A DNA stretch of 62,200 nt, filler included, from Basidioascus undulatus (Eukaryota), in the NCBI GenBank assembly GCA_000826855.1. It is 5 parts of 5 records of this genome, joined end to end, with 100 filler letters (N's around TTAATTAATTAA, not from the genome) between each part and the next. Parts side by side here need not be neighbours in the genome. Positions count along the whole stretch, not along the records: positions 45,637 to 53,869 come from JTLS01001420.1; positions 53,970 to 62,200 come from JTLS01001421.1; 3 more parts are not named here. One strand, written 5' to 3'. A program made the position numbers and the translations under genes. Every line of letters begins with the position of its first letter. Position 1 is the first letter of the stretch. This document shows, in pieces, positions 49,099-60,002 of the stretch. The notes beneath the pieces were generated by a model. The model ran no database searches. It saw only the letters and a list, made by a program, of their open reading frames with translations, and was not told the origin of the DNA.

Positions 49099-50565
49099 AT
49101 GTCTACCGGGCGCTCCCTACAGCCGCCCGCCAAGCGCGGCTCGACGCTGATGCTGCAGCCGCACTTCTTCAGCTGCGCGCACTTCGTGGGCGCGCTCGGC
49201 GCGGACGTCGACGACCTGCTCATGGCATTCGAGCGGGCGTGGAGCGAGGACGAGAGTGAGGAGACGGGCGAGATGGTGCAGGTTATGGTGCGCGTGTGGA
49301 AGGCGCGCGGGTGGGAGGGCGCGCACTGGTTGGTGCTGGAGCCGAGGGCGAGGGAGGCGTTCTTGAAGGCCGTGTGCAGGCTGCTGCTGGGTGAGTCTGC
49401 CTTACTTTTCAAACTAGGCGTAGGGTTCATAAAATGGACATGCGGTATTTTGTGCTGGAAGCTGCAGCTGCACCTTGAGCAAGGAGTGGGCTACTTTGGC
49501 GCTGCTTTGACGGTCCCCTTCGCGTCCCCAACGCGTCCTCCGCTGACACTCATCCTATTTACCAGAGCGCACTTCCCCCATCCGCTCCGCAACGCAGCGC
49601 GCCGGCGCACTCATCGCCATCTATATCTTCTACACCTCGCAGCCAGACGACTCATACGTTCTGCGGTTGTCACACATTCCCGTCGAGCTCGGTGCGTCTT
49701 TCTCCGTCTTCTTCCCTTTCAATCTCTCCCCCCTCACTCCCACTCCAGCGCACCTTCACCGATTTACATGCTGGGTGGTGTCTCATCAACAGATACTTAC
49801 CGTCACCTGCACTACATCGCGACCTCACTCTTCCCTTCAACCTCCACAACCGCTCTCACGCTCAAGCACCTCTTGCGCACGCTCCCGATCCATCTGCACG
49901 CCTCCGCTTCCCTCGTCCCGCGCCGCTTCCCCCACACGTCCGTCTCGATCCCGACTCCCACCGTGTCCAAGCGCGCCGAAGTCGTCGCGGCCCTCCGCGA
50001 AGCAGAGGCGAAAGTGCTCGCGGTTGAGCGGGCGCTCGTCCTGCTCGAGGGCGGCCAGCCGGCGCGCGAGCTGCAGGTCGACCCGCGCGGGCTGAGTTCC
50101 ACCGAGCGCGAGTACCTCGACGCCCGGGAGGCGCTCTTCCGCCAGGCGGCGGAGGAGGACGGTGGGGTGGAAGCGCTCCGGAAGGCGTTGGGGATCGCGA
50201 GCCAGCGCGTTGTGGAGGGCATCGAGCGTGTGCAAGCGCTCGCGAGGAGGGTCGTCACTGCCGCGAGGGAGGGCGAGGACAACAGCACCGCGTTCGGGAT
50301 GCTCCATGGCTCGGGTGCGGGGGAGCAAGACGAGTACGTGCCGGGCTTGGGCGAGGAGCAGGACGACGGCCAGCCTGCGACGAAGCGGCAGCGGCGCGGG
50401 AAGCACGAGCAGCACGAGCAGGCGCTTGAGCAGGCGCAGCAGGAGCCGCAGGAGGGCGACATCGTCCCCGGGCAGGGCATCGTCAGCGCTGAGCTTCTCC
50501 AGGCTGCCCAGAACGCGATCGACGCGGAAGGGCACTTATTGGGCGTGTTCGGGGAGCAGCAATAG
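49099..50565 (+). CDS. SNAPc subunit SNAP43/SNAPC1-like protein, 3 exons
   Basis: Introns 49391-49565 and 49692-49792 give 'ADVDDLLMAF...VWKARGW...AFLKAVCRLLLE...QRAGALIAIYIFYTSQP...IPVELDTY'. This matches from memory the SNAPC1 pattern (D.E.LL..F...W...R.GALY.LY.LY.TQ...IRV). Confidence 0.7.
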   Translation: MSTGRSLQPPAKRGSTLMLQPHFFSCAHFVGALGADVDDLLMAFERAWSEDESEETGEMVQVMVRVWKARGWEGAHWLVLEPRAREAFLKAVCRLLLGESALLFKLGVGFIKWTCGILCWKLQLHLEQGVGYFGAALTVPFASPTRPPLTLILFTRAHFPHPLRNAARRRTHRHLYLLHLAARRLIRSAVVTHSRRARCVFLRLLPFQSLPPHSHSSAPSPIYMLGGVSSTDTYRHLHYIATSLFPSTSTTALTLKHLLRTLPIHLHASASLVPRRFPHTSVSIPTPTVSKRAEVVAALREAEAKVLAVERALVLLEGGQPARELQVDPRGLSSTEREYLDAREALFRQAAEEDGGVEALRKALGIASQRVVEGIERVQALARRVVTAAREGEDNSTAFGMLHGSGAGEQDEYVPGLGEEQDDGQPATKRQRRGKHEQHEQALEQAQQEPQEGDIVPGQGIVSAELLQAAQNAIDAEGHLLGVFGEQQ

Positions 50566-50897
50566 GCGTTTGGGGAAGGGGCCGTAGCGGGCGTGGTGGC
50601 ATTTGTGATTCATCTGTTGTACAAAAGGCCCGAAACGACTGCTGTTTTGCTCGTCATTGGCGGGAGGTGACCGCCTGGACGTCCGACAACTCAACGCGCA
50701 GCTGTTTCCTCATCTGCAGGACACGGCACACAGCGCGACATGTTCAATTGTTCAGTCTTCATATCTTCATTTGTGAATTGTCATTTACTTCAAACAGTTC
50801 AAGTCAAACGAGCGAGCGAACAAGAGTACGTCTCACGCAAGATGCGATTGGGAGTGGGATCAGAAGTGGGGAGGGGGAAAGGGGAGAGGTGGGAGGA

Positions 50898-52953
50898 TCA
50901 CAGGAACTCGCGGGGGCGGGTGAGCGCGTCGCCGCCGGCGATGTCGTAGCTGGCGGGGATAGGGAGGTGTTAGTCAACATATAAGCAAATGTAAGAGAGG
51001 GAGAGGAGGGAAAGGAAGGAAGGGAGAGACGTACACCAACCCCGCGACCTTGAACGCCAGCTCATCCGCCTGGCCCCTCCTGGCCGCCTCGGCATACACC
51101 CGTACGCAGTCCTCCGTTCCGCTCGGCCTGACAAAGCTCCGCCCATCCGCATACTTGCCCACCAGCTCGTCCACCCTGTCCTGCAGCCCCACGGGCTTGA
51201 CGAGCCGCCGCTCGGCGTCGGTCGTCTCGAACGCGGTGCGGTCGGGGACGAGGACCTTTACGAGGCGGTTGGGGAAGTCCTCGTAGAGCGCGTCCCACTC
51301 TGCGGGGCCCCACTGCTTGTGGAGTAGGACGGACTCGACGAGGAGGAGGTCCGAGAGCGCGTCGCCCACGGTCTGGTTCGAGAGGCGCGTGAGCGAGAGC
51401 AGGTGCGCGAGCGCCGTCTGCTGCGCTGGCGTCGAGGGCGAGGTCGTCGACAGGAGGTGCTGGAACTCGGGAGAGAAGAGCACGGTCCCGTGCCCGTTCG
51501 CTTCGAAGTAGATCCCGATGCTGAACTGCTGCGCCGCGTGGTGCAGGTGCTTGACACCGGTGGAAACGACCTTGATCGGGACGTTCTGATAACACCGCGC
51601 GAAGTTCAACGCATCAGCACCGAGCTTCCTGTACTGACATCCGCGCGTAATCATTCAGCCGCTGCGAGCACACACACCTGGCTCCGGATGAACTTGCTCG
51701 AGCACCCATTGGCGTAAGCAGTCTGGACAACGCCTACGCGCGCCTGTTCCTGCAACCCGGCCTTCTCGACGAGCTCGATAATCCACACGGCAAGCAAGCT
51801 CGCGATCTTGTCACCGTCCAGGAGGCGGAACGTCCCGCGCGGGTCGACGTAATAGTAGACGATGCGGTCCGCGTCGCCGTCGAGGCTTGCGCAGCGCTGC
51901 AGCGGCGGGGGGGACACGCCACCGGGGAGCGCCTGCCGCGTCTTCACGAAGTCTGCGCCGCACGCGTTGTTGAGCTTGCCCAGCCCGGGCGTCACGTCCG
52001 CGTTGACGGACTTGAGTACGAGGGGGGCGGACGCAGCGCGCAGGGCGGCGCTGAGCGACTCGAGCGCGGGCGCGCCGATGCCGTTCGCGCAGTCGACGAG
52101 GAGCGGGCCGAGCGCGGGCTTGCCTTCCTGTGGACACCCGAAGCCCCATTTTAGCACCAGACCGCAGCCGTAGGAACATGAGAAACGCACGTTAAGCGTC
52201 GCGAAAGCCTTGACCATCTTGTCGGTGTACCCCTCGACCGTGGGCTCGCCATACGCCTCCTGCGTGCCCTCCGTGTTGACTGCGCGCACAAGGTAGTGGA
52301 GCACGGGCGTCGTGCCGAGCTCGCGGTCGTCGACCTTCGCGCCGCCCGCGGCGTCGATGCCATCTTTGAGCGCGGCGACGAGCGCGGGGCCCGACGGCCG
52401 CGTGTCCCGCGCGATGATGATGTGCGCCGGGTGCGCGAGGTCGATCTTGAGCGTCTGCACGAGCTGGGAGAGGTACTGCGGCAGGGCGGAGAGCGGCGTG
52501 TTCGCCATGATCGTCGCGTGCGGCTCCCAGGAGGGCTCGAGCATATCCCCCGTCGGGTCGACGAGCTTCACGCCGTTGTCCTGAGGTGGGGCAGGGCGCG
52601 TTGGCGGGGGCGGCGAGAGGAGGAGTAAAGTGGGACGCACCTCTTCGGGGTTGTGAGACGCAGTCACCATCACACCGATCGCCTTCCCCTCGAGCTTCTT
52701 GCTGCGGAGGACAGCGAGGATGCCGACGCGAAAGAGAACGGAGTCGAGGACGGCTGCCCTGTTAATCCAGCCTGAATCGTCAGCACCAGTTCCTCTCCTC
52801 TAGTTCCCCACAGAAGGAGCGAACGTCCACGCACTTGGTGCGGAACCCAGCAGTGCCGTAGCCGTAGACAACGCCCTCGGGCGGCGGGTGCTTCGCCGCG
52901 AGGGAGGCGATGAGGGAGGCATCGAGGTTGTTGACTGGCGAGGATGGGGACAT
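50898..52953 (-). CDS. PCM1: Phosphoacetylglucosamine mutase (PGM3/Pcm1), multi-exon
   Basis: YGTAGFRT; MVTASHNP; DNGVKLVDP; RDTRPSG; DCANGIG; SLDGDADR; QTAYANG; YFEANGHGT; SFVRPSGTEDCVRVYAE. Confidence 0.95.
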
Positions 52954-53869
52954 GCTGGATGAATGTTGAAAGCGAGGGTGGTGGTGGCTGAAGCGAGAGG
53001 AGAGAGGAAGAGATGCAGCGTGTCGTGTCGAGCTGGGACAGGTCCGAGAAGGTGTAAGTCAGCTGGACTCGCGTTCGCGAAGATGGACATGTGTGCGGTG
53101 GTGAGTGGGCAAGATTCGCAGGAAGGTCCCGAGACTTCATCATATTTGTCCAGGGGAAGGGTACGATCGCGCTCGTGGGAGGAGCTTGTGTCCCGGATGC
53201 GGATGCGCAGGGCAGCGGCGGGTCGCAGGGAGCGTCATGCTCGCTCGCCTCGGGATAGAGACGTCGGAAGAACCGGCTGAGAAGATACTCACGGAACCTT
53301 GAATTGGGTATGCGGCGGATACAGCTTCTGGGAGCGTATGGGCGTCGGGTGTAAGCGTCCGTGGGCAGCAGGCAAAGAGGGCAGGATGCACAAGCGAGTG
53401 CCAGCTCCCGCAGAGTCCGCGATTACCGCTCTGCGATGAACTTGAGACTCTCAACATAACATCTCAAATGCCTCTTCATCAACAGAGGATCGTTTGCACA
53501 CGGATAGCGGGAGCAGTGGACCACAGTCCAGTCACCACAGCATCGCCAGGTGAACAGCTCTGGAATTGCTGGCCATTCTCCCTTGCCCCTCAAGCTGCAC
53601 GTCAACCAACGACTCACCTAGTAGACCTCCAGAGGTATGATGGTGGTACAGATCCAACCTAAACGAAAAAGCGCAGTGGTGTGGCTGTAACGAGATGGCG
53701 AAAGGGTGCCCAGGCGAGTGACAGTCGACGTGCGTGCGGCAGTCACCGCATGCGTGGCAGTCGCTTACGTAACATTTCGCGAAATACCACACACATTGGG
53801 AAAGCGTCGGAAGGGCGCCCCCTTCGGCCGGCGCCTTGAACGACTCTCCGCTCACGCTCACCATCGCAT

Positions 53870-53969
53870 NNNNNNNNNNNNNNNNNNNNNNNNNNNNNNN
53901 NNNNNNNNNNNNNTTAATTAATTAANNNNNNNNNNNNNNNNNNNNNNNNNNNNNNNNNNNNNNNNNNNN
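53870..53969. other. Artificial contig spacer
   Basis: 44N-TTAATTAATTAA-44N. Confidence 0.97.
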
Positions 53970-55082
53970 GCTCGAGCTCCTCCAGCCCGAGGGCGCGCAG
54001 CTGCGCACGGCGCTCGACCGCGAGGCGCGCCAGCGTGCCGTGCGCGCCGAGAGCCCGCAGGAGGTCGCGTGGAGCCGGCTGTGCGTGTGGAGCTGTGCGT
54101 TGCGCGTGCTGTCCCTGTCTATGTCCTCCAGGACTGAACTGATTCAAAGCGACATACAGCAAACGCACATGAGGACCATCTCGAGTCCCTCTCGTCCTCC
54201 CCTCCCCCGCCAAGTCAGTCAACCTCCGCGCGACCGGCCCCAGCAGACCCGACCCCCACCCAAGCGCTCTCGACGCTCCTCCCGCTCCTCTCCACCCTCC
54301 ACCCCGCCTCCCTCACGCCCGACGCCAATGAACTGCGCATCCCCGGCGCCCCTACAATTCGCGTCGACCTCCGCTCGGCCACGTCCGCCGAAGCGCGGGT
54401 GCGGGCGCGCCTGGGCCTGGCAGAGGCTGTCGGGCGGGTCGTGCTGGAGCTGATGTGGCGCGCGCCTTCCCAGTCCGCCACAGACAGTGTGCCACCGGAC
54501 CACTCTTCCTCTTCCGCCTACAAAGGCGAGCTCCGCGCCCCGTCCCCGACCCCGGCGCCGACGGCAGACCTGCAGGTGCTCGAGCGCCTCGTGCGCCTCG
54601 AAACAGCGCTCGAAAAGACACGGCAGAAGGCGCTGCGCGTCCGCCCGCTCGAGGACGAGTTTGTCGGCCTTGCAGACAGACTCGACAGGCTGGAGTCGCT
54701 CCTCCTCGCGCGCGGCCTCTCCACCTCCTCTTCTTCCTCATCCGCCCCCAACTCGCCCACCACCGCCGATGCAGCCTCCTCAGACGGCTCCGTAACGCCT
54801 ACGTCGTTCTCCCCCTCACGCGCGCGCCCGCGCCCTCACTCGCGGACCTCACCCTCCGATGACGACGACCCACCCAAGATAGTGCAGACCCTGGCGGACC
54901 CACAGCGCGAACGCCACCCGCTTAGGGCGCTCGTTGTTTTGCTTGTGATGCTCGGCGCAGCTGCTGCGCATTCGGGGCTGTGGGACCCGCTGGGCACGTT
55001 GAGGGGTGCGGTGGACCGCGTTGGACCCGTGTGGATTGCGGTGGGGTGCGGGGTCGCGGGGGCGGTTTGGGCGCTCGGGTGA
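53970..55082 (+). CDS. 3' part of hypothetical protein with coiled coil and two C-terminal hydrophobic segments
   Basis: Long GC3-rich frame ending 'LQVLERLVRLETALEK...LADRLDRLESLL...LRALVVLLVMLGAAAAH...VWIAVGCGVAGAVWALG*'. Probable intron at about 54081-54149. Confidence 0.65.
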
Positions 55083-58000
55083 GCTGGGATGAGAGCGGGA
55101 GAGGGTGCGATGAAAAGGGGTGGTGATGTTTTGAGGTGTGCGTGGGCGGCGGCATGCAGGTGGCTTTACAAGCAGCTCGGCCCATGGAGCATGATGGTCA
55201 AAAGGGAAGCTGTGATCGCACTTGGATAGTGTATCGCCGCAGAAATGTGTTGGGATTGTGCCAGGCAGACAGTCTTCGTCACACGTGCAAGATACAGATA
55301 AACGCACTGCGAGCCTTCACAAGTTACACACCACAGCGTTCGCATGCACAACCTTGTGGGCTTTCAGCGTGTTCATCGCCGGGCAGCATGCTCCCACCTC
55401 ATTTTTAGCCCAACCGGTAGCAGCGTCCGTCCTCGCGGTACCGCACGACAGACGCCTGAAAGCGCGGCTGCACGCAACACGCTGCAACCGTCGCTTGGGT
55501 CCTTTCTCCCCGGACACTGTTTAAGAAATTTACCGCTGCAAGGTTTCCGTTTGTCTTTCTTTGAGCTCCCGTCGGAGAAGCCAGGAAAGCGGGCACCGCT
55601 CAGGGTGAAAATGGCTGCGGCAGAAGATTGTCGGTTTATCATAGCCTGCGCGCTTCTCAGCACCGACGTACTAACTGACTGTTTATGACTCCTGGAAAAA
55701 TTGGACCTTTTTATTTGTCTAAAATGCTTTGTCGAGATGCTGCTTAAAATCAAGAGCAATGTCGGGAACGCATGTCTTGCGGATGCTAAGACTGCGGCTC
55801 GCGGATCCTCTTGCCAGCAGTTAATGACGCATTGGTGAAGTAATTAGTTGAATGAAAGGGACTGGGTGCTCGGCAATTCTGGAGCTCAGTACAAGAAGCG
55901 GGTCATCGTGAAGGGATGTTCCAAGACTCATCTGTCACCCTACCCGAAGGCGCTTCTCTCGTACACCCAAGGCTCTAAGCTCGATACACACACTTTTCTC
56001 CATGTCCTCAATGTACTCGGCATAAACGACAGCCATATGCAAGGACAGCGGCGACGGCTAGCCCCTGCACAACCCAGCTACCTCCCCGCTCGGATCACCA
56101 CGCCTTCCCTGCTTGCGCACTTCCATAGCAATATACAGCGAGCCGCCAGGTGTTCGGGCTTATATCTACTGTCAAATCCACCCTCGACGACCTTATTTGC
56201 AATTCGTTCGCCAATCGCGCGGCCGGCGTGTAGACCCTCAAGGAGTACCAGGAGCGCTGTTCGGCCCACGACGTCGACTTTGATGTCAGAAATTCCGCTT
56301 CAAGGACCAAGGGCCCTTCTATTGGTGCTTCATGGAGTTGAAGAAGGGTAAGGTCTAAGGTAGGTGTGTGCTCTTCTGCAAGTATCTGGCACAGCTGACA
56401 GGTGCTTCGCATGAGATAGATGATCCTCTCCTCCAGTTTCTTTTCTCCCAGCCTCTGAGGAAGAGCACCATCAAGTCTGGAAACAAAGCGATAGCTACAA
56501 ATCTTCAAAGACGGCGCTCCACCTTCTCGAGCGCGCCATCGCGCAATCCTCGTCCCTTCCACCTCTGGCCCCTGCAACCTCCTCTATCACCATTCCTGCC
56601 CCGACACAGATCAGCAAGCACCTCGGCCTTCAGGGTCCAGATCCACTTTCCCTCCTTCACGCATCAGATGCACACAGTCAGCTCCCCTGCGGCGGTGACA
56701 CACGACTTCGTTGCTGGGCATCGCATCTGGCGCTTCTGCGTTTCAGCGCCGCCGTCCCCATCCGCCTCTTACCGGCCGCTTAACCCTAGACCAATGTCGT
56801 GCTCGGTATACTGGATGGGAGTTGACCTCATTGCTGGAGAACCCACAACAGTCCGCGCAACAGGCAGCATCGTGGCGGGTAGAGGGGGCGGCCAGTCCAA
56901 CTTCCAACTGCAGAAGGCGCACCTCAACTTGGAGACGACGGGCTTGAGGTATTCATTTGTAAAGCTCAATAATGTCCAAGAGGGATGTTCATTGAAGTCT
57001 CCGTTAAGTCTTGATTTTCTTCGATGCACATTCGATTCCTGCACCTTCCGATCGAGTTACACAGCTGACGCTGGTACGCGAATGGGATCGTGTGTAGCGA
57101 CTCGACTTTACTGGATGACAACGGAGGGCTCAGCATAATTATGGAAGTGATACTCAGCAATGACCCAGCTGAATGCATAATATCATGAAGAGAATCCTGT
57201 TACATTAATGACTGTTCCATGAAACATGAATGTGTTACTGAAAGCCTGCTGCATCAGCGGTTTCGTGGAGTTCAGCTCGTGTTGCCCTGCCCAATGGGCT
57301 GCTCAAAACTTATATTGTCTACTACACGAGTTGGGAACAGGCGAGGAGACGGTCAGTGCGGACGTGGCGAAACGAGCCTCGGGTAGCTGCAGTTCATGGC
57401 TGACGGCAAGCGGTCTTCACCGGGCAAAATGAGTTTCTACACGAAGTTAACTCAAAAAAGCCAGTCTAGCAAATTAAATAAAATTGAATAATGAACAAGT
57501 CAAGCAGGAGAGACCCCCTACGGCCTGGATAGGATGCGTAGATGTCAGCGTGTGGTTTCCGCTGCGGACTGTCATTTTGTCTCCTCGTGCGCCTTGCCAA
57601 GTACTAACGTATGCATGACTTCCAAAAATGGAAATGTTTGGAATTCACTGTATCCTGCTCCAAAATGTGCCGCAAAAGGTCAAGCGATAGGTCAAGCGTC
57701 CTTCCCGCCTACTCGGAAATGCGTGTCTTGCGGATGCTAAAGACTGCAACTGGCGGAAAATGGTTCCTTGTCAGGCTTTAATGGTGTCCGTATGAGGTAG
57801 CTCAAATGCCGGAGGCTCCCGGCCAGAGGTTTCACAGCTTACAGCCTACCCTGCTCTCTACGCTTCTCTCCCATACTCAAGGCCCCCCGCCCCTCTCACA
57901 TGTCCTTCTCAATTTCCTCGGCATCAAACAGCTCCCTATGCATGGATGACGGTACGTAACATGGCGGTTTGTAGCGAAAGAACCAACACTGTGATTTTTC

Positions 58001-58634
58001 TTCAAAGTCATCCCTTCCTTTAGTGTTATTGCTTTCACCTTTGGCGGCGCAACGGATGAGGACGCGACAGCAAGGATGTAAGGAATCTCAAGCCGTGAAG
58101 ATTCGAAATCTGCGCTAAGTGTGGTATTCTCGTATCTTGTCTGTATGCTCCCACTAATTCACTTAGAGAAACGAAGGAGTTACATATCAGCTCGTGCTGC
58201 CCCTCAGCAAGCAGTCCGGGCGTGGTGTAGCTGAGATTCTATGCCTGCCGTGTATATTTGGAAAAACAGTGATATTCTACTTGTCTTCACATTTCAGCGG
58301 CGGTGTTCGAAAGTCAAGACTCGAGGAGATGACACGATGCGAAAACTGCAGTATGACAGGTCACAGGGCAAGCTGGGTGCGTCCCCGAGATTCGCTCGCT
58401 GCAGCCGCACCTCTTCGGATATATCTTCCTGCCAATCAAGTAGCCAACGATTACCGCGCATTCATTCAGCCTTCCGGCCTAGTCCCTCTCGCATCCAGAA
58501 AGGCAAGAGGATACGAAAGGGTCGGCGCGGTGCCAACCGGGCCGCGAACGAGTTTAGCTTCGGAGCAGGCGCTCGATCGAAGCGCTATCGGGCCAAGTCA
58601 GTCGGCGTATGCTTCACCAGAAATTATGTGCATG

Positions 58635-59763
58635 TCATGAACCCTCGTCCCCTGCTAGCAACCGCTCCACGGCGCGTTCGACATTCCCCTCGCTGCGTGT
58701 TCCCCTCAAGCGTCAGTATGCCTACAGACCGCCAGAGGAGAAGGAGGGAAAGAAAGGGGGAAGACGCACCTCCTCTGCAGCGCCCTTACGACCGCCTCCC
58801 TCCCCGCCTGCGGGAACATCCCCTCGAGCGCCTGGACGTCTGCCTGCTGCGCCGGCGCAGGCGCCGGGAACGCGAGCTCGTCCCTCCATGTGCTCAACGC
58901 CGTTCGCTGCAGTGGTGTCTGGGCGGCCGCGGATGCCGAGGCAGAGACAGAGGAGGCAGCGGGAGGCGCATCGGAGGGGAGGACGATGTTGGATCGGTGT
59001 GGGGGGCGGGTGGAGCCGATGAGGGGGCGCAGGAAGCGGTTGGACAGGGTGCAGAGGCGCGGGGAGGGGCGGAGGGTGTTTAGGGGGCTGGAGGAACGGT
59101 AGAGTTGGCCTGTGAGGAGGCCGAGGAGCGAGGGGAAGGGCTGGGAGTGGGCGAGCTGCATGGGGTGGTGAGTTGCGGAGGGGTGGGGGAGGGAAGCAGG
59201 CAGGGGGACGCACGAGAAGCGCGAGGACGTAGATCCAGGTTTTTGAGGTTGCGCGGAGGCCGAGGATGTCCGCGTGCCAGGTGGACGGCACGACGCGGTA
59301 CCACTGCCACAGCACGGCAAACAACCACCCCGTCCCGCCCTGCTCGACCCTCCCTCCTCCCAATCCGAGTACGAGCGCAGCGACTTCCAAGAGCGTGACT
59401 ACCCCTGCGCAGGCCGCCAAGCACCCGGCGAACTTGCGCGAGCCAAACACGCGCTCAACGGGCCGCGCGGCGTGGTAGAGGACCATGCAGGTGAGGAGGA
59501 GCTGGGCGGAAGAGGGCGGCCCGGTGAGGGAGGGGAGGAGGAGGCGGTAGAGCTGGAGGTCGCGCGTGAGGTGAGGGGAGAGGGTGAGGTGCGTGTACGG
59601 ACGGAGGTGGAAGAGCGAGGTGAGGAGGGAGGTGAGCGGGAGGAGGATCAGGAGCGCTGTGCGGGCGGAGGGGGGTAAGTGGGAGAGGGGGGGGATGGGG
59701 GGCTGGGAAGTGGAGGGCACCTTTTGTGAGGGGCGCATGGTGGAAGCCTGATGCGCTCGACAT
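58635..59763 (-). CDS. Dsc2/UBAC2-like rhomboid-pseudoprotease + C-terminal UBA domain protein
   Basis: MSSASGFHHAPLTK|ALLI...HLTRDLQLYRLL...RPVERVFGSRKFA...YRVVP...SKTWIYVLA. UBA: 'VQALEGMFPQAGREAVVRALQR|SEGNVERAVERLL'. Confidence 0.85.
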
Positions 59764-60002
59764 CCTCAGCCCTGCCTCGCCAGCTGAGTATGAGGAGGAG
59801 ATGCAGGCGAAAGGGAAGATGCAGCCATGCAGCCGGCAACGCAGCGGGCTGGCAGCCCTGACAGCCAAGCTGGAGCGAACGGACGGACGGCGGAAGGATG
59901 GAAGGACGGGCGGACAGGCAGGCCGATTCCCACGAGTTTGAATCTTCGTCTTCCTCCTCCGCTTGCCGCGTCCCGTCCCAACACGCATCCGGACACCGCA
60001 CA

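Noticed and set aside
8239..53969. Four TTAATTAATTAA palindromes within N runs
   Set aside because: Identical 100-nt artificial linkers, not biology. They also mean no gene-cluster inference should cross them.
58330..58380. CENCSMTGHRA zinc-knuckle-like motif
   Set aside because: Isolated, with the final Cys absent and no supportable gene or gag/pol context.
1..59763. Functional cluster of lipid/ER genes (Spt23/Mga2, BST1, PCM1, DSC2)
   Set aside because: They lie on different contigs and are ordinary housekeeping genes.
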